From: an uncultured Thermococci archaeon
GTDB taxonomy: Archaea; Methanobacteriota_B; Thermococci; Thermococcales; Thermococcaceae
Reading direction: 5' to 3'
DNA: 20,080 nucleotides
Assembly: GCA_964615185.1 (NCBI GenBank)
Contig: CAZTOS010000043.1
Span: 1-20,080, forward strand
The position numbers and the translations under genes are program-made. Positions 1 to 15,017 of the stretch are shown here, piece by piece (position 1 is the first letter of the stretch; the number at the start of each line of letters is the position of its first letter). The notes under the pieces are model-generated. The model worked only from the letters and a program-made list of their open reading frames with translations, had not been told where the DNA came from and did no database searches.

Positions 1-1638
<1,638 letters not shown>

Positions 1639-1647
1639 ATCACCACC

Positions 1648-3254
<1,607 letters not shown>

Positions 3255-3256
<2 letters not shown>

Positions 3257-3314
3257 TACAAATTCACCTATAACAAATTAATTTGTAATTATTTTTATAG
3301 TTTTTCTTGTAATC
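3255..3314 (-). promoter_or_regulatory. Internal promoter (BRE/TATA) of the ATPase-cas4-MBL-cas1 unit with palindromic operator-like boxes
   Basis: Minus strand reads AAGAAAAAC-TATAAAAA (3308-3292). Perfect palindrome ACAAATTAATTTGT at 3273-3286; inverted pair ATTACAAATT (3255-3264) / AATTTGTAAT (3280-3289); extra TTGTAAT at 3307-3313. Confidence 0.6.
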
Positions 3315-3322
3315 ATGCATAA

Positions 3323-5533
3323 TCATAAAATTTCGTCCTCCTCCAACTCATCAAGGAGACCGAGCTCATGACTATACTTCAAGTTAGCAATCGTTATATG
3401 ATGCTTTCTATCGTAAGTAAAGACATTCCCGAGTCTGCTTTGCACTGCGAAAAATTTCCAATAGGGGATTGGTACTAAATAGCGGTGAATCTCAATTCCT
3501 TTTCCTTTATAAATTAATTCACCAACTCTACCCGCAAACTTTATTGGAACAACTTCTAAACCTTGGAACATATTGTAGAATTCTCTTTCGCTTTCACTCT
3601 TCTTCAGAGGCTGTAATCCACTAAAAAGATCGAGAGCTATTTGTCTGTACTCCTTAATTGTTTCTGTAAGCTCCTTCTTTACAGGAGAATAAGCTTCACT
3701 CACGAGTTCTGGAATCTGTGATTCCCTGAGTTCTTGCCCATTTAAGTCCTCCAAGATTCTAATACTCTGTTCTACAATGGTATATGGCTTATACACATTC
3801 TTATCTTTCTCAGAACCCTCAGTTAAAACATGCACATCAGCTATTCTTTTTTCTCTCCATCCTTGTCTGTTGACTCTTCCAAAGCGCTGAATGAGGGCAT
3901 CAAGAGGCGCGGGTTCACTCAAGATTGTTTTAAAACTTATATCTAATGAAACTTCAACTACTTGTGTAGCCACCACAAAATCATAGCTATTTAGATTATT
4001 TCTGAGCTTTCTTTCGAGCTCCTCTCTATCTCCATAAGTAAAACGACTGTGAAGAAGCATGACACGATAATTAAGGCTTTTAAGTTGCTTATAAACTTCT
4101 ATTGCTCTATCAACAGTATTGCAGGTAATTAATGCAGGTGTAAGACTTTTCCTCTTGAATTCTTGTACAAGATCCTGAAGATTATAGTCGATTGCACCAT
4201 CCACGATTTTAACACGATGCCTTGTGAAATAATCGGCCTCCTCAGCTGAAACTTTTAACTCCTTAGGATGCAAGACTTCCGTAAAAAGTTCCTCAATGAA
4301 ATCTGGGAGCGTTGCAGACATAACTAACGTTTTTGTCTTGTATTTCTTCAATAGTTCCAACATTGCAAGGATTATACCCAGAACATTTGGCTCGTAGGCA
4401 TGTATCTCGTCAAAGATAAGTAAAGCATTAGCAAGTTCGCTTAGTGTCATTTCAAAGAAGCCGACGCCAAAAAATGCTTTCATTATCTGGAATGGTGTCG
4501 TAACTTTTAATGGTGTGAATATCTTCTGGTATAGACTTGAAAGACGTTTATATTCAAGATTTGAAGCATAAAGGTAATAGGTCGATGAACTGTGGAGCAC
4601 TCCAACTAGTTCGGGACTTTTAAAATATCTCAACAGACGATCATGCATTGCATTAATGCTTGCCTTATAGGGGAGAACATAAAAAATCCTGTTTGAAACT
4701 CCTTTTTTAGTCCAATGGGTATTAGCATCTGCCCAGAGAAGAGCAGCTTCCGTTTTGCCATATCCCGTTGGTGCCCTTAGAAGAAGGTTTCCTCTAATCT
4801 GATTGGCTTGTTTTTGGATTGGTCTCCATTTTTCTCTTGGAATTTTAAGCTCGATACTCTCAGCCACAAATGGAAGGAGCCTTATTGAATTTTCACCAGC
4901 TGAAGAGAGATGATCACATGCATTTAACAAGCCTTTGAGAAAAATCAACACATCCTTGTGACTTTCACAATTTTGCTCATACCACTTGAGCAACCTATCA
5001 AAATCGTACTCCTTAACTTTCTCTTTCCAGTCACTAGGAAGTTTGAACTTTCCAAGAGTCTTCCCAAGAATGTAGATTTCCCAATAGGGAATTTTTGGAA
5101 GGAACACTTCTTCAATATAGTCAGCATTTTTAAGAAGCTCATCAATCTTCTCAAGGTAGTTTTCCCACACAAATTCCTCAACTTTAGTAGGAACTGGTAG
5201 CTCAGTCAAGTATCTATGATGAGTCAGAATTGCAAGTGCAATTAAGTTCTTATCTTCCTCTGTATAATCCAAAAACTGTGTAAACGCTGTCGAAAGAATC
5301 TCATGACGATAACCCCAGATCTTCCTTTGTGCTCCGGCTTTTTGAAAACCTACAGCACATTTACCAAGATCATGTAAAAGGATAGAATAAAAGAGAAGCT
5401 CCCAAATATCTTTTCTGGATAGTTCAGGAATCCATGGAAATGTTGTTTTCATGCTCTTCATAACATTAAGGGCATCATTGATATGGCACTCAAGAAAGTC
5501 ATTTGGATTGAACTTCGCCATACAGACTTTCAT
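3323..5533 (-). CDS. cas3: CRISPR-associated helicase/nuclease Cas3 (HD + SF2 helicase)
   Basis: HD domain (LECH, LLHDLGK, RHE, HH, CDH), Walker A APTGYGKT, DEIH, SAT, ATQVVEVSLDI, QRFGRVNR. Start set at ATG 5533 behind GGAGTG. Confidence 0.96.
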   Translation of the reverse strand: MKVCMAKFNPNDFLECHINDALNVMKSMKTTFPWIPELSRKDIWELLFYSILLHDLGKCAVGFQKAGAQRKIWGYRHEILSTAFTQFLDYTEEDKNLIALAILTHHRYLTELPVPTKVEEFVWENYLEKIDELLKNADYIEEVFLPKIPYWEIYILGKTLGKFKLPSDWKEKVKEYDFDRLLKWYEQNCESHKDVLIFLKGLLNACDHLSSAGENSIRLLPFVAESIELKIPREKWRPIQKQANQIRGNLLLRAPTGYGKTEAALLWADANTHWTKKGVSNRIFYVLPYKASINAMHDRLLRYFKSPELVGVLHSSSTYYLYASNLEYKRLSSLYQKIFTPLKVTTPFQIMKAFFGVGFFEMTLSELANALLIFDEIHAYEPNVLGIILAMLELLKKYKTKTLVMSATLPDFIEELFTEVLHPKELKVSAEEADYFTRHRVKIVDGAIDYNLQDLVQEFKRKSLTPALITCNTVDRAIEVYKQLKSLNYRVMLLHSRFTYGDREELERKLRNNLNSYDFVVATQVVEVSLDISFKTILSEPAPLDALIQRFGRVNRQGWREKRIADVHVLTEGSEKDKNVYKPYTIVEQSIRILEDLNGQELRESQIPELVSEAYSPVKKELTETIKEYRQIALDLFSGLQPLKKSESEREFYNMFQGLEVVPIKFAGRVGELIYKGKGIEIHRYLVPIPYWKFFAVQSRLGNVFTYDRKHHITIANLKYSHELGLLDELEEDEIL

Positions 5534-6155
5534 AAATCCACACTCCAATATCTATTTCTGAGTCATAAGTTAGTGTTCCTCTGTATGTTTGTCTCTTTCT
5601 CTGACCTTTAGTCTTCGGAAATGGAAGAATCGTAAAAGGCTTTACGAACTTTGCTCTTCTTGGAATTGTTGAGTAGTCAAACTCCACTGGAAGAGCGTGA
5701 ATTATCCCTGGCAAACCTGCGGACACTGGAACAATTGTACCTCCAACAGGAACGTTTTCACGCTTTTCAAGTTCACTCTGCTTGATTTCTTCCACTGTAG
5801 CTATATCGCTCGAACGCCCAAGCAACAGCTGGAATTTTGGTTTTCTGAAATACTTTTCCCATTCATCAGGAAGGTAAAGATAAAGAGTGTTGTCAAGGAG
5901 CACTTCACGCTTCATTACATCGGTTTCAGGTTTTCCTAAGGCGTAAATTCTTTCAAGGTCAACACCCCTCCCTTCACTGATAAAGACATAGCCGACAAAT
6001 GGTACTTCACTGAAGGAGATAATTTCACCTTTTGCTGCAGACAAGAGTCCCTGAATAGTCGAAAGAGGAGGCACTGGTAACGTAGGTTGGTAACCCGACT
6101 GGAATGTGGGGTATCGAAAGCTAGCTGTCCAACTTTTGAGCTTTACTCGTATCAT
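5499..6155 (-). CDS. cas5: Type I-B Cas5 (Cas5t)
   Basis: N-terminal WTASFRYP...PTLPVPPLSTIQGLLSAA and LLLGRSSD; lies between cas7 and cas3. Start at ATG 6155 after GGTGAG. Confidence 0.93.
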   Translation of the reverse strand: MIRVKLKSWTASFRYPTFQSGYQPTLPVPPLSTIQGLLSAAKGEIISFSEVPFVGYVFISEGRGVDLERIYALGKPETDVMKREVLLDNTLYLYLPDEWEKYFRKPKFQLLLGRSSDIATVEEIKQSELEKRENVPVGGTIVPVSAGLPGIIHALPVEFDYSTIPRRAKFVKPFTILPFPKTKGQRKRQTYRGTLTYDSEIDIGVWIYESLYGEVQSK

Positions 6156-6159
6156 GAGC

Positions 6160-9714
<3,555 letters not shown>

Positions 9715-9756
9715 TCACCACAACAAAAATGCATCATGGTAAATATGCAATTCATG

Positions 9757-9770
9757 TATATAAGTTTTTT
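9757..9770 (-). promoter_or_regulatory. Putative BRE/TATA promoter of the cas operon
   Basis: Minus strand AAAAAAC-TTATATA about 45 nt upstream of the cas6 start; GGTGA RBS just before the ATG. Confidence 0.55.
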
Positions 9771-9834
9771 CTAAGAACATGTTTAGATTCTTAAAACTAA
9801 ATTGAATAATTAGACAAAAATCAACAGGCGGCTT

Positions 9835-10485
9835 TCAATATTTCACTAAAGAATGTAGAAATCGTAAAATGTCCTCAAGCCTAAAATGACCGGTTTCAAC
9901 ACCATAGATCATCGAAACCGGAACTTCCTTTACCCTCGCACCCTTTTTCACGGCCTTTATCAAAACCTCAGTTTCAACTTCATACCTCTTGCTTTCAATC
10001 TCGGGTAAAAATTCCCTCCTGATTGCTCTGAATCCACTTTGAGTATCCTTGACACTGATTCCAAGCTTTAAACGAATGAGAGATGTTGTTATGAAATTGC
10101 TTATCTTCCTTATTAGTGGCCTCTCCCCCTGAACTTTTATCAGACGGGAACCAATAACAAAATCCGCTTCACTATTGACAATGGGCTTGACGAGTTTTAT
10201 AATCTCCTCAGGCTTGTGCTGTCCGTCAGCATCAATAAAAACGATTATATCTCCATTAGCCTTTTTAATACCTTCACTCATGGCTCTGCCCTTTCCCTGA
10301 TTCCGCTCAAGTCTAATGACTTTTGCTCCAAATCCTCTCGCCACTTCACTTGTTTTATCTTTACTCCCATCATCGACCACAATGACCTCATCGATGAAGT
10401 CAGGCATCCTCTGAAGAACTTTCCCTATTCTCTTTTCCTCGTTGTAAGCTGGTATTATCACGCTTATTCTCTTTCCATTCAACAT
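9835..10485 (-). CDS. Family 2 glycosyltransferase (DPM1-like)
   Basis: SVIIPAYNEE, VVDDGSKD, RNQGKG, DADGQH, FVIGSR, DTQSGFRA. Confidence 0.93.
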   Translation of the reverse strand: MLNGKRISVIIPAYNEEKRIGKVLQRMPDFIDEVIVVDDGSKDKTSEVARGFGAKVIRLERNQGKGRAMSEGIKKANGDIIVFIDADGQHKPEEIIKLVKPIVNSEADFVIGSRLIKVQGERPLIRKISNFITTSLIRLKLGISVKDTQSGFRAIRREFLPEIESKRYEVETEVLIKAVKKGARVKEVPVSMIYGVETGHFRLEDILRFLHSLVKY

Positions 10486-11164
10486 TTCTCTTCAGCTCCA
10501 AAAAGCATTTAGGACAAAAATCGGGAACCCTGGAGTCCCATTCCTCAATGGTTAAAGGAGGATTCATAACACAGTTTTCAGAACAGTGGCTCAATCCAAA
10601 GGCATGACCAAGTTCATGGAGAATTGCCTTAAAAATCCTGTTTGAGAACTTAAACTTGTTTGGATGATAAAACGGGCTCACAGAGACAGCTATAATATTC
10701 AGACCAGAAACCTTTTTTTGAACCCCAAGGAACTTTTCGTAGAAATCGAGATATGGATTCCTTGTGACAAGAGGAAAACTGACAACCCCTATGACAGTAT
10801 CAGGGATTTCATCACCGGAATTGATTTGATACCTCTCGTATATCTCCTGAACTTCATGCCGAGTTTTGACCAGCCATCCATAGAGAACATCAAGAATTCC
10901 TTCAAGGGAGTATGCTATCACCTTCTCCTTTCCGGTGTTGATTGTTATTGTGAAACCGGGTTTGGATTCTAAGATAATATCCTTTTCTGGGCTTGATTTG
11001 CTGTTCTTATTTTCATATTCCTTGATTTTAATCTGAGGATGATGGAAAATAAGTCTAATGGGAATGCTATTCTCAGCTAAGTATTTATTAACATCAGTGT
11101 ATGCATAAAAAACGACATCTCTGTATGAATTGTTGCCTATGTACACGAACCACACAGTTTCCAT
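10400..11164 (-). CDS. Archaemetzincin-like zinc metalloprotease (M54-like)
   Basis: HELGHAFGLSHC (HExxHxxGxxH+C), CVM Met-turn, FCPKC; GGTGA RBS upstream. Confidence 0.85.
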   Translation of the reverse strand: METVWFVYIGNNSYRDVVFYAYTDVNKYLAENSIPIRLIFHHPQIKIKEYENKNSKSSPEKDIILESKPGFTITINTGKEKVIAYSLEGILDVLYGWLVKTRHEVQEIYERYQINSGDEIPDTVIGVVSFPLVTRNPYLDFYEKFLGVQKKVSGLNIIAVSVSPFYHPNKFKFSNRIFKAILHELGHAFGLSHCSENCVMNPPLTIEEWDSRVPDFCPKCFLELKRNVEWKENKRDNTSLQRGKENRESSSEDA

Positions 11165-11199
11165 GATTTCACCTGCAAATGCTTTAATTAAAACAATGA

Positions 11200-11216
11200 A
11201 CCAAAATCTTTAAATG
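11200..11216 (+). promoter_or_regulatory. Putative BRE/TATA promoter for the riboswitch-led operon
   Basis: CCAAAATC-TTTAAAT, with the TATA element at 11209-11215, about 22 nt before the first nucleotide of the riboswitch P1 stem. Confidence 0.55.
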
Positions 11217-11237
11217 TTTTCTTTCTCACGTTTAGTC

Positions 11238-11299
11238 GGGCGATGGCGTCCGCCCGGGCTTCGAGCCCAAACCGCCCGTTAAGGGCTGATGACGCCTGT
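11238..11299 (+). ncRNA. Fluoride riboswitch (crcB RNA motif)
   Basis: GC-rich island in AT-rich DNA: GGGCG-ATGGCGTC-CGCCC (P1, 11238-11255), hairpin GGGCT-TCG-AGCCC (11256-11268), AAACC linker, GCCC-GTTAA-GGGC stem (11274-11286), then TGATGACGCCT. Loop GGCGTC (11245-11250) pairs with GACGCC (11291-11296) as the pseudoknot. Matches the GGCGAUGG...GCUGAUGAC.CCU consensus. Confidence 0.93.
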
Positions 11300-11340
11300 T
11301 CTACCCACTCGTGCTCATAAAAATGAAAGGAGGCGGTAGA

Positions 11341-12186
11341 ATGGGCTCGAAGCTTGCGAGATATGTAAATTTAAATGCAGTTATAAACTACATCTCAAAG
11401 AGGCGTCATGAAGATGGCGGTTACTGCTTTGTCTCAATGTTGAACGAGACTAATATAAATGACACCTACTACGCTGTTAAAATCTATGACCTGCTCAATC
11501 TTGAAATTCCAGAAAAGGAAAAAACAATTGAATTTTTAAATAATTCCGCTCAGCCTTACAGAGCCACAGTTGCTTTGGCCATGGCCGGCGAAGCACTTGC
11601 AATTTTAGGTGCTGAGGATTTGGCAAAAGAAAAACTTGAGCACATCTTTACGAAATATAATCCCCTGAAAGAGCAGTTCTCCGTTGGCTTGGGAGGAAGC
11701 GAGGAATTCGGAGCAGCAACTCCATTAGAATCAACCTATTGGGTCATGAGGCTTGTTTCATTGCTGAACTATAAAGTCACCGATGAGATGAAAGAGAAGA
11801 TTAGGGATTTCATAGAAGGTTTTAGAAAAGGAAACGGATACGGAGTGAACCAGCCGACTGTTACAATGACGTATCAGGCTATATATTCCCTCAATGCTCT
11901 GGGATATCCAATACCAAAAACAAGATTTTTTGAAGAGTGCGAAGTCTATGGAGGATTTACAGAAGTTCCAATGTCTCTACCCCCATACCTCGAACCTACC
12001 TTCTATGCGGTAAGGGCTTTGAAGCTTCTTGGGAAAAAGCCAAGGCACATAAAAGGGCATGTAAGATTCATTAGAGCACTGCAGAATCCCAATGGAGGAT
12101 TCAGACGATCCCTTGAACTTGGAATTTCAAACTTCCAGAACACATACAGAGCATTGAGAACGTTAAGCGATTTGCTCAGCTTCTGA
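11341..12186 (+). CDS. Prenyltransferase/squalene oxidase-repeat (alpha/alpha toroid) protein of unknown function
   Basis: Repeated units RRHEDGGY, GNGYG, YGGFT, LQNPNGGF, each followed by TY/TFYA..L helices. Start moved to ATG 11341 behind GGAGGCGG. Confidence 0.75.
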   Translation: MGSKLARYVNLNAVINYISKRRHEDGGYCFVSMLNETNINDTYYAVKIYDLLNLEIPEKEKTIEFLNNSAQPYRATVALAMAGEALAILGAEDLAKEKLEHIFTKYNPLKEQFSVGLGGSEEFGAATPLESTYWVMRLVSLLNYKVTDEMKEKIRDFIEGFRKGNGYGVNQPTVTMTYQAIYSLNALGYPIPKTRFFEECEVYGGFTEVPMSLPPYLEPTFYAVRALKLLGKKPRHIKGHVRFIRALQNPNGGFRRSLELGISNFQNTYRALRTLSDLLSF

Positions 12187-12189
12187 GGA

Positions 12190-12906
12190 ATGGCTATGGG
12201 TTTGATTGAGATTTATTTAAGAGAGGCTATTCAAGAGTCCGGCTGTCCAGTGTGCAGGATACTCAAAAAGTACGAAGAGGATATAATCGGCCAGATACTT
12301 TATGAGCATGTCAACAGTCCCAGCGTTAGAGAGAAGTTTGCAGAGAGCTTAGGCTTATGCACCTATCATGCATGGAAGCTTAAAGAGATAGCATATTCAA
12401 ACCCCCTCTACGGTGGGCTTGGAGTTGCAATAATTTACGAACACATGCTTTCAATTTACATTAATTCCCTCAAAAGCAAGAAAAATCTCGAAGAGAAGAA
12501 ATGCTACCTTTGTGATTTAGTCGAGATAAAGGAGCAGCACACCATAGAAGCTCTATCTGACAGATTCAGCGAACTTATTGAAGACTATAAGAACTCAGAA
12601 GCAATTCTATGCAAAAAGCACTATGAAGAGCTGATGTCCCTCCTTCGGAAAAGAAGTCCAAAACTAACCGAAGAGCTGAGAAAAATTCAAATAAAAAAGC
12701 TTGAAACACTAAAATCTCTCATGAGGTCTTTTATTGAAAAATTTGACTACCGCTCAAAAGAAGCTCCGACAGAAAGAGAAGCAACATCAGTGCTCAAAGT
12801 TATTGAGAGCCTTAAGGGTCTCCCATTGAAGGTTAATTTTGTAAAGAAACGAAAACCGCACTCAATCTTTAGAGGTGTTTTTCTTGGAAATAGAGATTGG
12901 GGTTAG
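12190..12906 (+). CDS. Duplicated zinc-binding CxxC..CxxH protein (DUF6062-like)
   Basis: GCPVC...GLCTYH and KCYLC...ILCKKH internal duplication; FIEKFDYR near the C-terminus. Confidence 0.72.
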   Translation: MAMGLIEIYLREAIQESGCPVCRILKKYEEDIIGQILYEHVNSPSVREKFAESLGLCTYHAWKLKEIAYSNPLYGGLGVAIIYEHMLSIYINSLKSKKNLEEKKCYLCDLVEIKEQHTIEALSDRFSELIEDYKNSEAILCKKHYEELMSLLRKRSPKLTEELRKIQIKKLETLKSLMRSFIEKFDYRSKEAPTEREATSVLKVIESLKGLPLKVNFVKKRKPHSIFRGVFLGNRDWG

Positions 12907-13192
12907 CTGTGAGGAATTTCAAAAAATTAGAAAGGAAAAGCGAGAAATCCAGAAGAAGTTCACTTCCTTTGACGAGCTTGAGAGGACTCTGGAGCTCCTT
13001 GAAATTAAGTATATAGCTGAAAAGCGTGAGAGGCTGGAAAAGAAGCTCAAGGAAGTTGAAGCTCACTATAAAATGCTGTTAGAGTTCAGTGAAAAAGCCA
13101 AGCGAGATAAAGAAAAAATGAAAAAGCTTAGATTGCAACTCAGCTTGGAAAACAGAAAACTGAGAGAAGAAATGAAAGATAGTAAAGCCTGA
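12884..13192 (+). CDS. Small coiled-coil protein of unknown function
   Basis: E/K/L-rich heptads. Start probably TTG 12884, 6 nt after GAGGTG; the ORF track starts at the GTG inside the RBS. Overlaps the upstream gene. Confidence 0.75.
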   Translation: MEIEIGVSCEEFQKIRKEKREIQKKFTSFDELERTLELLEIKYIAEKRERLEKKLKEVEAHYKMLLEFSEKAKRDKEKMKKLRLQLSLENRKLREEMKDSKA

Positions 13193-13595
13193 AGTAGGTT
13201 GGAGAAAAGTCGTATTTCAAATTGATGATGAAGTTTTTAAGAGGATTAGGGAGATTGCCGAAAAGCATGGGTTTAGATTAGATGAGGCCCTCAAAATAAT
13301 CCTTCTCGGAGAGTTTTTAGATGAAAGCATCAACATGAATGTTGAAAAGCTGAGAAAAGAAGTGAAAAAGCTTGAAGAAAAGCTCTACGAAGTTGAAGGC
13401 AAATGGTCTCCGCTAAAGTTTGCTTCCTATGGAATAGCAATGGACAACCAAAACTTGGCAATCCAGCTTTCTGGACTTGTTGCGGAAAATAAAAGGCTTA
13501 GAAAGATGCTTGGGAAAGAAGAGAAAGACTACAGAGAAATTGAGGGGCTGATCCACTGTTATCTCCAATTTAAAGGTAGTAAAAATAAACGCTAA
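13176..13595 (+). CDS. Probable RHH-like + coiled-coil protein; canonical start missing for the N-terminal 53 codons (possibly disrupted)
   Basis: Frame is open from 13176 (KIVKPEVGWRKVVFQIDDEVFKRIREIAEKHGFRLDEALKIILLGEFLDESIN) into ORF 13335..13595; the first in-frame ATG is only at 13335. Confidence 0.65.
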   Translation, partial: KIVKPEVGWRKVVFQIDDEVFKRIREIAEKHGFRLDEALKIILLGEFLDESINMNVEKLRKEVKKLEEKLYEVEGKWSPLKFASYGIAMDNQNLAIQLSGLVAENKRLRKMLGKEEKDYREIEGLIHCYLQFKGSKNKR

Positions 13596-13671
13596 GCCTA
13601 TGGTCATAATTGCTCTTGAAGGAGCACTGACATGATTTTACAATCTTGAAAGCTTTCCTCCTTCAGGATGA
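13585..13671 (+). pseudogene. crcB: Probable degenerate 5' remnant of the fluoride exporter crcB/fluc
   Basis: Translates as INAKPMVIIALEGALT*FYNLESFPPSG*, resembling the CrcB N-terminus MN......IALGGALGA..RFY......FP.GT. Located at the end of a fluoride-riboswitch operon. Confidence 0.5.
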
Positions 13672-13737
13672 GGAGTGTTATTTTTCAAAAACCTTAATGT
13701 TATAAACACAAAAGATGATACCTTCTTGGTGAGAATT

Positions 13738-14952
13738 ATGCTCCATCATGTTAAGCTGATTTATGCCACTAAAAGCAGAAAGCTTGTTGGTAAGAAAATT
13801 ATTCTTGCCATTCCCGGAAGCATAGCAGCAGTTGAGTGTGTAAAGCTGGCGAGAGAGCTGATAAGACACGGGGCAGAGGTTCATGCTGTTATGAGCGAAA
13901 GCGCCCAGAAAATAATTCGTCCCTATGCAATGGAGTTTGCAACTGGAAATCCCGTAGTTACTGAGATTACCGGGTTTATAGAGCATGTTGAACTCTGTGG
14001 TGAGCATGAAAATAAAGCGGATTTGGTTTTAGTGTGCCCAGCAACTGCAAACACAATTTCAAAGATAGCATGCGGAATTGACGATACTCCTGTAACAACA
14101 GTTGTAACAACGGCTTTTGCCCATACGCCGATAATGATAGCCCCTGCTATGCATTCAAGCATGTATGAACATCCAATAGTGAAGGAGAATATAGAGAAGC
14201 TCAAAAAACTTGGTGTCGAGTTTATAGGGCCAAAATTCGAAGAAGGCAAAGCAAAAGTTGCCAGCATTGATGAAATCGTTTACCGCGTTATTAAAAAGCT
14301 CCACAGGAAGGATTTGAAAGGTAAGCGGGTTTTAGTCACAGCGGGGGCTACAAGAGAATACATTGACCCAATAAGGTTCATCACAAACAAAAGTTCTGGA
14401 AAAATGGGCGTTGCTCTGGCGGAAGAGGCTGACTTCAGGGGAGCTGAGGTAACGTTAATCAAAACCAAGGGAAGCGTACCAAGCTTTGTGGAAAACCAAA
14501 TTGAAGTTGAGACCGTTGAAGAAATGTTACATGCAATAGAAAATGAGCTGATGAGTAAAAAATATGATGTTGTAATCTTGGCAGCTGCTGTCAGCGATTT
14601 CAAGCCAAAAGAAAGGGCTGAAAAGAAGATAAAGAGCGGACAAACACTCATTTTGGAATTGGTTCCAACCCCAAAGATAATCCAGAGGGTAAAGGAGATA
14701 CAGCCGAATGTGTTCTTGGTTGGATTTAAGGCTGAATATGGTGTTAGCGAGGAAGAGCTTATTGCTCAGGCAAGAAACCAGATTGAGAAAGCCAAAAGCG
14801 ATGTTGTGATTGCCAACAAAGGCGAGATCGCCTTCGGCAGCGAAGAAAATGAGGTTTACTTGGTCACAAAAGATAAAGTCGAAAAGTTCCCAAGAATGAA
14901 CAAGAGAGAACTGGCTGAAAAGATCTGGGACAAGATTGTTGAGATGCTTTAG
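13738..14952 (+). CDS. coaBC: Bifunctional phosphopantothenoylcysteine decarboxylase / phosphopantothenate-cysteine ligase
   Basis: GSIAA, PATANTISK.ACGIDD, APAMH..MY, VTAGATRE.IDPIRFITNKSSGKMG, AAAVSDF, LVGFKAE. Start at ATG 13738 after GGTGA. Confidence 0.97.
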   Translation: MLHHVKLIYATKSRKLVGKKIILAIPGSIAAVECVKLARELIRHGAEVHAVMSESAQKIIRPYAMEFATGNPVVTEITGFIEHVELCGEHENKADLVLVCPATANTISKIACGIDDTPVTTVVTTAFAHTPIMIAPAMHSSMYEHPIVKENIEKLKKLGVEFIGPKFEEGKAKVASIDEIVYRVIKKLHRKDLKGKRVLVTAGATREYIDPIRFITNKSSGKMGVALAEEADFRGAEVTLIKTKGSVPSFVENQIEVETVEEMLHAIENELMSKKYDVVILAAAVSDFKPKERAEKKIKSGQTLILELVPTPKIIQRVKEIQPNVFLVGFKAEYGVSEEELIAQARNQIEKAKSDVVIANKGEIAFGSEENEVYLVTKDKVEKFPRMNKRELAEKIWDKIVEML

Positions 14953-14953
14953 T

Positions 14954-14996
14954 TTTATGAAGACGTTTTCATTAAAAAGTCTCATAAACTTTTTTT
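14954..14996 (+). terminator. Possible terminator after coaBC (imperfect inverted repeat + T-run)
   Basis: TTTATGAAGAC...GTCTCATAAA followed by T7 at 14990-14996. Confidence 0.35.
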
Positions 14997-15017
14997 CAAT
15001 TTCTCGGAGGTGGAAGT

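Noticed and set aside
9781..9810. GTTTAGATTCTTAAAACTAAATTGAAT upstream of cas6, faintly like a degenerate CRISPR repeat (CreTA/CreR-like mini-array)
   Set aside because: Only the GTTT start and ATTGAA end resemble a repeat. There is no second copy, the host repeat is unknown, and such matches are easy in AT-rich DNA.
10400..10485. 86-nt overlap between the protease and glycosyltransferase genes as a frameshift or fusion
   Set aside because: Both proteins have complete motif sets, and the overlapping protease tail is low-complexity run-on after the FCPKC motif.
11238..11299. GC-rich structured element as a tRNA fragment, C/D sRNA or terminator
   Set aside because: It has no cloverleaf. The TGATGA is part of the fluoride-aptamer consensus, and the pseudoknot pairing fully explains the element.
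13675..13737. N-terminal extension of coaBC from GTG 13675 (likewise the extended starts at 11311, 5548, 6191, 16915, 17207, 17409)
   Set aside because: Downstream ATGs have properly spaced RBSs and match the family N-termini, and the coaBC extension spans a TATA-like TTATAAA at 13700-13706.
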